Positions 52,671 through 64,000 of a DNA stretch of 64,000 nucleotides are shown here, in pieces. The translations under genes and the position numbers were made by a program. The notes under the pieces were generated by a model. The model saw only the letters and a list, made by a program, of their open reading frames with translations, had not been told where the DNA came from and did no database searches. Origin of the DNA: Octopus bimaculoides (Eukaryota); NCBI RefSeq assembly GCF_001194135.2, contig NC_069001.1, positions 39,505,180 through 39,569,179 of the forward strand, in the 5' to 3' direction. How positions within the stretch are numbered: position 1 is the first letter of the stretch; each line of letters opens with the position of its first letter.

Positions 52671-53998
52671 ATGGTTTCAAAACAAGAACCACTGCTTCAT
52701 TTATCGACATAAACAAGTTAATGTCTGTGAGAGAAACAAAACTATTCTCCAATAAATTGTGCCATAAAATCCACGCTAAACGCTAAAACTGGTTGTGGGC
52801 GTGGCCGGGCGTTACTGCAGCCAAAACTGTTCACCTAATGCTGTTTTCAATATAATAACCGCAACGGACACTTGCCGACAGTTCTTCTGTGAACATTTCA
52901 CTCCCATAGAAACCATTCATCACGGTTTACTGCATTCTCCACTTCCACCTCTAATAGCAGACAACAAACATCCCTCTTCTTTTGTCTCCCCCCCCCCTCC
53001 ATTGCTATCTCTTCTAACTGTAACCTCGTGAATTATTTTCAAACCAAAAAAAGAGGCCAATATTTATTGTTTCCAATTTTCGCCTTCAGATATTTCTTTC
53101 TGGTATTATCACACTAACCATTCCTCTTCATTTACATCGCTCGATTATTCTCTGCCAGTCTTCTTCAAATAGATCCGTCTCCTCTTTTAATCATACTCCA
53201 TACTCATCCAACCTCCCCCCCACACACACACACACACAGCTTTCTCTCTCTCTTTCTCTTCTTTCTCTCTCTCTCTCTCAACCAATTAAAGATCTATCTA
53301 CTTTCAGCTATTCTAGTTTCCGTTTCTAGCTCAAAGAAACACCAATCAAATATAGTTGCATCCATTTTCGGCTGTTGTAAAGCCTATTGGCTCTCACTCT
53401 TTCCGTTCCAAGTCGAGATGATCGACCAAACCAAAAATTAGTCCAAATAACGAGCAGGAAACCCAGAGTGTAAACATTGTTAGTGGGGAGGATGAGAGTG
53501 GCAGCGAGAAGCACTTGTAGAGGTTCCAACTGTTTTGGTTTTGTTTCGATCTGTTGAATGGGTGTCAATATGGCTGTTAAGAAGTTCGATTCACAACATG
53601 GTTTTGCGTTCGATCTTACAGCACAAAGCACCCGGGACAAATGTCTCTTTTGCTGTAGCCTCGAAAGTAAAATGTGGTTGTTATTGTAGTTAACCCCAGA
53701 ACAGGTCTCATGAAGGAGACCAATAGCCAAGGGAAGCATTCCAACCGTGACCAAAGAGTCTATTTAGAGCAATCTACTACTACATTATTCAGTGTGTCCT
53801 TCCCGTATGAAGACAGAGATGGGATATATTTCTAGCCGATCCAGTGACCACGTAGAGCTGGGATTGACAACAAGAGAGTTGTGGCCCACAATTGGTTCTT
53901 AGGTGTCTTTTGCAGAGTCCGGCTTGTTACGAATAACCAGATTACGTCACCGCTTTGATAATAACAACCATACTTTCCATCCCTAACTTTTCAAATAC

Positions 53999-54004
<6 letters not shown>

Positions 54005-54078
<74 letters not shown>
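54005..54078. repeat. Perfect (TG)n; other long TG/CA runs at about 8890-8986, 23360-23401, 31038-31073, 43312-43372, 59297-59334
   Basis: Directly visible. Confidence 0.97.
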
Positions 54079-54079
<1 letters not shown>

Positions 54080-54755
54080 CGTGCGCGCGCATGCAAGGTT
54101 GATACAGGAGAGACTCGGGACCAAATTTTCGTGTGCAGAGGTATTTACCAGACTGTTTTGGTAAGTGATTTGGCATTAAAATCAAGGACCTTGAGTCGCT
54201 TCTGCAATTTCAGTTACAAAGAATATGGACATAGACTCTTCTTGATTGTGTATCGAGTTCCCTTTCGTACTTTTGTGTATAATGATTACATTCTATAAAC
54301 GGATTGTCAAAGGAGGTTAAACGAGAACGAAACAGACTTTTAACTTGGTTCCCACAAAACTGTTTTCTCCAACCTTTACCTCCCAGGGGCCATTTGATAA
54401 AAAGGTGTCTAATAACAACCAGTTCCTGGATGCCCTAGAAAACGAGTATATTGTGTGCTGCTCTTCTTTTCTTGAGTAAGTCATTAAAACATAAAAATAA
54501 AATATTATTCCATTAAATAAGATCCAAATCAGCCGCAGTCACTGACTTCGTCCTTCTTAATCGCTTTACGAGGGAAATAAAATAAAAAAAACCCAAAAAA
54601 AACAAAAGAAAAGAAAAGTCCGATTTGATGTGGGCGTTTAATGTTGAGAGGAATATCTCCCAACATGATGGCTGCAGTGTCTGGGAGGCTGCCAAAACTC
54701 TGCATCCTGTTCCAGACTAAATTATCCATATTCTGATTGATCGTATTTTCACACA

Positions 54756-54792
<37 letters not shown>

Positions 54793-54986
54793 GCACACTT
54801 ACACTCACACATTCTCACTTCTCTTCTTCCTCTTTATCTCCGTTTTTCAAAACTCTTCCTCCCGCCCACACTCTTTTCTTTACTCAGTCCATTATTATTA
54901 TTATTATCATCATCATCATCATCATTGATGTTAATTTATTGTTGGTTATGTTTAGTTTGTTTGGTTAAGATTGATTTCCATGTTGC

Positions 54987-55019
<33 letters not shown>

Positions 55020-55191
55020 ATGGAGGCGGGGGGAGCGTCGGTGGAGCTGGTGGTGGATGGGGGACTGGGATTCTATCTTCGGTCTCCGGATCCAGTTGTT
55101 TCCAACTTACAACAGAAACAACTCAACTTTCACGTGATTCCTGCAGCTCTGCTCAGTCGATTCTGGCAGAAACAATAGCAACGCACACCAG

Positions 55192-55222
<31 letters not shown>

Positions 55223-55572
55223 ACATACGAATTCTGACACAAACACGCTCCCTCCCCCTCTCTTTACATGTGTATTTTTCTTTCTCTCTCCCCCTCTCTC
55301 TCTTTCTCTTTACATGGGTGTGTATAAAATCTTACATATATATACGTGTGTGTGTGTGTGTATGTTTATGCAAACCTCTACATATGTGTCTGCCTCTATT
55401 TCTCTTTTTCTGTATCATACACAGTCACGCGCTCACACACAAATAATACACACACACATATACACACAAACACCACAATATCATTTACAACAGAACACTA
55501 CAAATCTATATTTTAATTAACAGCAATATCAACCCTTACACGATAGAGGTGTGTGTGTGTGTGTGTGTGTGT

Positions 55573-55870
55573 GGAGCTGGCAGAATCGTTAGTACGCCGG
55601 ACAAGATGCTTAACAGTATCTCGTTGTCATTGCATTCTGAGTTCAAATTCCGCCGGGGTCGACTTTGCCTGTCATCCTTTTGGAATCGATGAAATAAATA
55701 CAAGTTGCGCCCTGGATCGAGGCTATCGACGAGGCCCCTCCCGTTAAAGACTTCTGACCCTGTGCCAAAATTTGAAACCGTTTTTTATAAGTAGGATTAT
55801 GCTAGTGAGGTCAGCTTTGTCATGGATCCTTCCAGGAATCGATCGATGAAATCAAATACTAGTTCGCTAT
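55573..55870 (+). mobile_element. SINE-A, full length (to about 55780), plus adjacent partial copy
   Basis: ggagctggcagaatcgttagtacgccgg..ttctgagttcaaattccgccggggtcgactttgcc..gtgccaaaatttgaaacc. Confidence 0.85.
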
Positions 55871-56684
55871 TGGATCCCCCTCCAATGGTTCGCCTTTCAT
55901 CCGAAACTATTATTAATGTTCTTATTGTTAACCCATTGCATTTCAATGTTCCTTCTCTCGACTTAACGTTCAACCTTCCTCATTCAAAGACAGAGCGAAC
56001 TGAAGATATTTATAAAAGCGAACTGGACGCTCCTCATTAAATATATTCATAAGTTTTATTTCACTTAATTTTTTGATGGGAACAAAATTAAGTATTTTTT
56101 CACTAGCTTCTGTCATTGGCTTTCGCCATTTTGGGGACAATTTCTTCAAAGCTCTTTTCTTTTTTTTTTAATCAATGCTTTTTCCAGTAAATTTTCTACC
56201 AAATATAAAGTGTGCTGCATTATAGCAAACCCTTCCGAGAGAGAGTTCCACATAGGAACAAACACAGAAAATTAAAAAACAGACTTTATAATTTTCAATA
56301 ATTTAAAAGAAAATCAAGACACAGATGCTCGTGTCAAATAAACTGTAATAGTCACCGAATGGTAACTGCAAATCAATTTTAAATTTAAAACAAAATAGTA
56401 ATTTTATGAATTATAAGAGCTTTCCCATGTTCTGATGCTGCCCAATAGAAAACTCGCCGGCAATATGACATTATCTTCGGTTCCCTCTGAAAGTCACGAA
56501 ATGTTAATCGTCTTAGGATCATCGTTGTTTGAAACTAAACATAAAATCTATAAGAGAATAGGAGAAATATATTTCTGAGAACAGGGCTTATCATATGAAC
56601 TTAAGATAAACCTGGATAAACGATACATATACCCAAATGCACACATACACACACACACACTAACACTCATATAATGTCGTTCTA

Positions 56685-56855
56685 ATCCTTTCAAATGTAA
56701 TCACAAGGCCTGAAAGTTGTGGCCAGGGGTTGTCGATTCCATCGTCCCCAGTACTTGACAGCTACTTATTTAATGGACCGCGTCAGGATGAACGGCGAAG
56801 TCGAACACAGCAGGATTTGAACCGAGAATTTGAACCCGGAAGAAATGTCGCATTA
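56685..56855 (-). mobile_element. SINE-A, diverged
   Basis: Reverse complement ggttcaaatcctgctgtgttcgacttcgcc..aaataagtagc..tactggggacgatggaatcgac..tcaggccttgtg. Confidence 0.7.
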
Positions 56856-57299
56856 AAAATGAATTACTCAGTATTTTTTGTAAAGTGGACAGATTAGACT
56901 TTTACAAAAGAGGGATGGCTGTGAGTTCGAAATGTCGGCCCTGCTACCAGTCTTTGAATAGTGCGACGAAGGCAGGAAGGCCAAACCACATACANNNNNN
57001 NNNNNNNNNNNNNNNNNNNNNNNNNNNNNNNNNNNNNNNNNNNNNNNNNNNNNNNNNNNNNNNNNNNNNNNNNNNNNNNNNNNNNNNNNNNNNNCTAGTG
57101 TCTACAGAATTGATAGGGGCTGGTCATGGTGTGGGTGAGGGTGACAACCTCTCCGGTAAATTCAATCCAGGGAGGCTGTCTGTCTGTGTGTCTGTGTGAC
57201 TGCAGCAATGGGTTGGAGCCGAAATTGATGTTTGTGCTTCAAATGAACTCGTCAAATTGATTAACCTAATTGATCAAGCATTGATCTTTTCAATACAGT

Positions 57300-57311
57300 G
57301 ATGACGTCATC
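57300..57311. promoter_or_regulatory. Extended CRE palindrome GATGACGTCATC
   Basis: Exact 12-bp palindrome. Confidence 0.3.
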
Positions 57312-57474
57312 ATGTACGAAGCAACGGTGCATGGCTCTGTGGGGAAGAAATTCGTTTCTCAATTATGTGGTTGGGAGTTCAATCCTACAGTGTGACACTT
57401 AGCACAGGTGTCCTTTAACTTCAGGATGCGAAAACAATTTGGTCGACAGAAACTATGGAAGGACATGACATCTT

Positions 57475-57508
<34 letters not shown>

Positions 57509-58391
57509 TGTGCGCGCGCGCGTGTATGTATGTACATATATATGTAAGAATATATGTATTTATGAATATATGTAAATATACATACGCTTGTGTTAAGTAG
57601 TTTCACACCTAGGCTACCTGTATGTAGTTTTATGCATGGAGCGATCTTACAGGCATGAACTATTGTTCAGGTTTGATTCATGTGTAAAACTGCGGCAAAC
57701 AATTTGCAGGCGAACAGAATTAGAATACCTGATGAGATTCTTTACATGTAATTGTCTTGGATCTGTGTGTCACGATTTGAATATTCTCTTCCTATCTCTG
57801 GCCTTTATGTGGCGTGAAAAATAGCTTCCTAGGGACTCTACTAATGCTGATGCTACAGCATTTCGATTACATTAACGGGCGGAGGACATTGTAGAAAGCG
57901 AAACAAAACAGCAAGGAATGGAGTGATCTTCACTGACAGTCTGCTAGGACCAACTTTACAAAAGGTTTTCCGTGCAGCAGTCGTCCTAAGGTATTTTTCA
58001 CAATCACCTTTTGAAGTAAATCATTTCTGGAGAACCTAAATGTGTGAAATAGAAACGTTGAGAGTATTTAGAGAGGATTAGCTCTTGTGGGCGATAATGT
58101 GTGTGCAAGCAATTAGCTGTCGGCATCTAACCGGACGTATCATACATCAAACACGCATGACGGGATTGGTGTCACGTTTAGTAATATAATAGATTGTGGT
58201 GGGTATAAAAAGAATGGAAGAGACTATGATAGAAGTGTGGGGCGGGAGAACGATGGTACGGAGGGAGATGAGGAGAGGAAAATAGAAGAGACAGAGGGGG
58301 GAGTCTTTGAGAGAAGGAAACAGAAAAGAGGTGGAAGGAGGAGTGACTGTGTGGAGGCCGAGGCAAGTGGTAGTAGTAGGAGGACTGAGAT

Positions 58392-58423
<32 letters not shown>

Positions 58424-58714
58424 TATGGCTTGAGATGAGAAAGATGGATGGACTGTGTATAAAGGGAGGAGTAGAGAGATATAGAACTGTGTCGAAGGAG
58501 GAGTGAGTAACAGGAGGAGGAAGTGCAACAGAGGTGGGAAGAGAGAGATTTAAAGCAACAGAAATGAAACAAAGAAAATTGTCATCAGATTTGTGCAAAG
58601 TGCTGTTCTTGTTATTGGTGGTGGTGGTGGTGGTGGTGGTAGTAGTAGTAGTAGTAAGGGTGGTGGCGGTTTTTAGTAATATGACAGATTAAACATGCCA
58701 GCAGCTGCTCCTTC

Positions 58715-58850
58715 GACGGCGAGCTTCCTCACAGTTTCCGTTTACCAAATTTCACTCGCTGCATTTTGGCTGAAATGAGAAATTTATGACCGAAGTGCCA
58801 GGTAGCGGGATCGAACTTGCGATACAGGGTTGCGAAACAAACTTCTGAAC
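58715..58850 (-). mobile_element. SINE-B 5' half fragment; similar fragments at about 24527-24605, 27553-27620, 63055-63180, 63820-63910 and (+) 42880-43010, 57330-57470
   Basis: gagcttc..cacagtttccgtttaccaaatttcact..ggatcgaac motif shared with the B consensus. Confidence 0.55.
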
Positions 58851-59292
58851 AGAGCAGTCACACCTCCACACCGATGCAGGTAACGTTGATGATGATGATG
58901 ATGGTGTTAATGGTGGTGGTGACGATGATGGTGTTTATGATGTTGATGATGATGATGATGATGATAATTAATTGTTACAAGTTCATCTCATGTCTTTGAT
59001 CGTCACTCATGACTCAGCTAATGTTTTAGATTCGCTGGCCAAACGTCCCCCCCCCTCTACCGTTTCCTAATGCCATAAAGCCCAACCTCGATATTCCATG
59101 TTCTTCTGAGCCCCAGGGATAGGTCTATTATGGCTTCTGCAAAATTGGTTGATGCCACAAAAGGACAGAAACCGCCAACAACGCCATTTAACTCCACCCC
59201 ACCCACCACACACCTGAGTCATAATAATAAATTTATCAACCAAATGTTTTTACTCTTTACTTTTGATCATAACTCTCCTGTATGTATATGTG

Positions 59293-59338
<46 letters not shown>

Positions 59339-60914
59339 TGTTCGCATTCATATACACACAACTACGTATATGTTCTTATGAATATGGGGGTACAGCATGG
59401 AGCATCATATACATATTTAGAGATATACATGTATGCATATATACATAGACACGCATACATAGACAAACGTGCACATACAGACTTATACACGCATATACAC
59501 GCATATGCAGATATCCATACTTCTGTACGGTCTTTCTTAGCATGTTCCTTGACATCCTTAGAATCCAATGACGATCCAAAGTTTTACATTTGTGCGTCCA
59601 TCCGTAACTCTCCTTCGCAATTCTTGAGATTCAGTTTCAGCTAAAGACTAGACATGTAAATGTTTGGTTGAGGGGGCCCAGATATTAGCCCACATTTACC
59701 CCCTCTTTATTCGCTTCTCCAAGCAGTCTTCAGATCGCCGCTCCATATCTGCCACACCTTCCCATCACTGGAACTGATTGGATTTCTTCGACTCTTAAAG
59801 AGTTGGTGTTTGTCCCTCCTTAAACTGGTCTTTGAGCCATTTGTAGCTGGCCAGAGAGGGTCTTGGAGAAGCAACGCTAACCAGGCATGCTCACTGCGTG
59901 TCTGAAGCATCTCCAGCGATGCTTGTGTCTGCAGCCGGTTCAAGAAACGGCATCTTTGGGCGTAATTCTTTAAAAGATGCCACATTTAAGACCCTTGATC
60001 AGGTCTTTAAGATCTAGGATTTCGAGAAGGTACTTTCAGCCAATTGGTGAGATAGAAATTACGCCTGGAGAAATCTCTACCTCAATTCTGCCCTCCATCC
60101 ATGACAATCCTTGTGGATTCATTTCGACAGTTTCTGGAGTGTTGTGGGTAAGAATTGATCGTTGATTCCTTCTCTTCGTTTATTGGAGAAAGAAATTAGT
60201 GATTGACCCCCAAACTGACTCAGAGACAGAGCAGGGTCTACCCCTGTCTTTGAATAGGACTTTTTTTATTGATCCCCGAAAAACGAACCCTAGCTTGTAG
60301 GAATCGACAACACTACAACCTGCAAGCTAAGGCGATGTACGAGAACCTCACGCACGCACGCACACACACATACATACACACGCATATATACACACACACA
60401 CACGTGTGTACAGACACGTGTGTATATGTATGCGTACGCACGCACGCACATNNNNNNNNNNATACAGAATATCATGCCTATACTATAGGCGACAATGAAA
60501 ACAACATGAATGTAGTTGTGTGATGTCACTATATTATCAAGACACCATATCTATGCGACTTTAATATCTGCATTATCAGAAATGTCTCATCTCTATGTAA
60601 ATATTCACAATTTGATATCATATATACAATAGTGAACATTTTCTGTTGTTATACAATGGCTTTTACCATAGAAAATAACTTCCCATGTGCACATACATAC
60701 ACACACATACATACATATATATATGTATATACTCACACACATACATACACAGGCATATACATTAGTGAGTGTATCTGTGCGCGTGTGTGTGTGACTGTAT
60801 GTGAGTGTCTGTGTGCGAGAAAGGGTAAGAATGAATGCATGTGTATGTATTTATCTGTGTGTGCGTGTGTGTAAGAGAAAGGCTTATATGCGTGTAGGTG
60901 CTTATGAATGTGTA

Positions 60915-60961
<47 letters not shown>

Positions 60962-61004
60962 CGTGTGTGTTTAGTGACTATGACACTTTTCAATTAAGCG
61001 GGCA

Positions 61005-61035
61005 ACTGATTGGTCGGTTAGCTAGATGACGTCAT
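61005..61035. promoter_or_regulatory. Reverse CCAAT box (ctgattgg) + CRE ATGACGTCAT (61026-61035)
   Basis: Two motifs about 15 bp apart, a common NF-Y/CREB pairing; function untested. Confidence 0.35.
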
Positions 61036-64000
61036 GTAATTTATTCAATCGATGCCATGTAATTTTGCACACGGCCCGCAGTCAACCTGCACGCACCTGC
61101 TGATGTTTACCACCATGCAGTCACTTGTCACTGTACTGTTACACCTTAACCTACATACGTACACATTATATACATTACACACAATTTATATATACCTGTG
61201 TTTCTACATCTATCTATCTATCTATCTATCCTTATACACACACATAGACATACGCGCACATATCTACACACATACACATATACATCTATATCATGTTGCA
61301 ACCTATTCACAGGCACACATACACACATACATTTTTAAAATTTTATTTGCTTGCTTGTGTAGCGCACACTCACGTATACAAAGCTTAAGTTCAAACACAC
61401 ATATCACATGTTATATGCACACATACACCCACACACACACCGCTCTATATAGATACGCTGTGCATTTACATAAATATGCACTACTAACACACACACACAC
61501 ACACCGTCGCATATAGAACACTCTCCATATATATACACATAATACACACACATATACACATACACACGCACTGTTTCTTTTTCCTTCAGAGATAGCAGGA
61601 CGAGGACAATAATGATGACTGTTCCAGCAGTCTCTTCAATGAGCTTGTTGTTGCTGCTCAGCCCTGAGTCAGATCTGGTTGAGTAGAACAGCCTCATCCG
61701 TGACCATACCTTAATGTATTTTTCTCTCCTGGACAGCATCGCTAATGCGACCTGCTTTTTATTTGGAGTGTGATATGAGGTCTAACTATTATCTTTAGCA
61801 GACCGAGCCTCCTTCGTCATTAGAATAACATACAGGGAATTCGCTGAGGGAGAGGGGTTCCATGAGAAGCACATCGCCTTCGAGGAGGTCAATGGCCATG
61901 ATATAAAATATACTCTAAAAAAAATTAACTAATTACATAATTAATTAATAATACACCTGAAGCGAAATACAACTTGTGTATGTGTTTCGTTAGCAAAATG
62001 TCTCACCCAAATTACAATATAAGTTTCAGCATCAGTTCACATTCAGAATCTTGCAAAATTACCCAGAAAAACAAAATTCTTAATACAGAATTGTCTCACC
62101 TAATTTTCTGGACCCAAATTAACCATATAAATAATAATGTTATCCCTATCACTATAATTTTAATTAGTTTTTCTAGATTTCGACTCATTACATTAACTGC
62201 GTTAGAAGCAACTTTACTGTTAGCTTTTCAGGCAAGAAGTCCTGGATATTATTCGGAATTGTTCTTCAAAGCGGAACCAGACCGGCATCGTTTTTAGTCT
62301 TCTGTTTTCCATGGGATGCGTAGTTCACGTGATCAATATCGATCTTTTAGCGAAGATCTACCAGAAAAACCGATAAACGATTATTGAATTAAGTCGAAAA
62401 GTTAATTTAGAAAGAATTTCAGCAACTAATTAATTATGCATTTGTGATTGGTCAGTTTGATAAAGACACTATGAATAATTAATTAGTAAGGTACACAAGT
62501 AGATCCGCGCGCGTGAGGCAACAATGTCCCCTAATTACAGGGAAATAGTTGCAAAAACTTGAAACGAGGTCAGCTGGTGTAGGTTTTAAAACAGACTAAT
62601 CCCTAATATAACACTGGTATTTTATCGACATAAGAAACAACGCAAGCCGTTGATTATACCGATATATATATCAGAAGTACCCCATTTTTTTGTTTTAGAA
62701 TATCTGTGAAGCTCCGCCACCCCTTTCTATTTTTTTATTCTTTTCAATAAGTTCCTGGTTTGTCAACGTTTTATGTTTCAATGCTGCATTGTGATACGGA
62801 ATACAACTGTTGACTTTTAGCTGACATTGTACAAATGGACAGATGTCTATACATAGCAAGCATAATGTGTGTGTGTGTGTGTGTGTGTGAATGTGTGTGT
62901 ACATACATACATAGACACACAGACACACACAGATGTGACCACCTCCTATAAATAAAATACCTTCATGGACAAAGAAAACACGAATCCAGTGTACTAGGTT
63001 TCAATCCTGTGTTGAGAGTACATCAGATATTGTTTACATATGTACATATAGGACGGGTTTCTGCGCAGTCTCCGTCAACCAAATTCTACCCCGAATGTAA
63101 TGGTCTACTCGAGACTTTGCTAAAAGATAACTGACCCATATACAGCGTGGTGAGATGGAAACCGCGGGCCATGTCATGGAGAAGCGCGCTCCTTCACTGC
63201 ACGCCCATCTCTGACTCTGTCTTCTCTTCCACCCGTCCATCCACCCCGGTTGCGTTCGATAAAAGTCAATTTGTAGAAGGTTCTTCTCTGCTGAGTGGAA
63301 TGACATTGATTGCAGTGAAGCCAAAGAGAGAGACTGCCAATGGAGAACCGGGGCAGCTGCAAGTGGGGGAGTGGTTCAGTGAGTGTTGTTCCTCTTCCTA
63401 CCTCAGCCTGAGATCGATCTAACAACAAGTTGGCAGCTTTGTTAATATCAAATCAAACTGATGACTCAGCCTATAACGAAGAGGAGACGGGAGACGGGGG
63501 TGGGAGGCTGTGATGTCGAGCAGCCAGCTGTTGTCACTCCAATCAATTTACAAGAATCTTTGACTTCTGACACAAGAGAACTGACACAAGAGAACTGACG
63601 GCACATTTTTTAGGATCTTCGTGAGTGTTTGGGTGGAGGGAGAAAGAAAACGCAAGATCGAAGACCTAAATGAATTCTGTAAAAGGGAACTAGGGCCAGA
63701 AGGTAGCGTTATAGAAGACAATCGATTAGACCTACTCGTCAGCAACCCAAATGTCGATTTATCTGATGGGGTGGGTGGGGGTTCCGTCACACGATTTACT
63801 TCAGCTAAATTTTACCGACAAAGTTTTGAGCCCTAGGCAGGGATAGACGATATATTGTTCAAAGTGTTGTACAATCGGATCGAACGTGAAACCATATAGT
63901 TACAAGCAACGAAATCTGACCCGATTAATGATCGTTGAAATAGTTGAATCCTGCGGGTTTTTATTTTTTTTTTTTATTATTTTTGAATTCGAATTGAGGG

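Overview
AT-rich, microsatellite-dense eukaryotic genomic DNA from a gapped draft assembly (about 16 N-runs, nearly all next to microsatellites). The two dominant tRNA-derived SINE families resemble, from memory, those of octopod cephalopods (Octopus-like; inference, no database search). Most of the window looks intronic or intergenic. One well-supported + strand coding exon (31146-31410) carries a PKA consensus RRRASL and has no homolog I recognise. A phase-compatible candidate first coding exon lies at 19060-19153, and a weaker candidate downstream exon starts at 63614. The rest is many SINE copies plus remnants of two R4/Dong-like RLE LINEs, a Penelope-like RT, a Tc1-like transposase, a TIR-bounded MITE and a probable Helentron-type (HINE) 3' end. 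Almost all ORFs in the supplied track are microsatellite or N-run artefacts. I see no prokaryotic system, CRISPR array, rRNA or genuine tRNA gene, and nothing I can support as a clearly new biological system. The best leads are the orphan gene with four perfect CRE palindromes nearby, a 59-aa minus-strand ORF with an internal 20-aa repeat, stacking of retroelements at (TAA)n tracts, and inverted SINE pairs as candidate ADAR or circRNA substrates.
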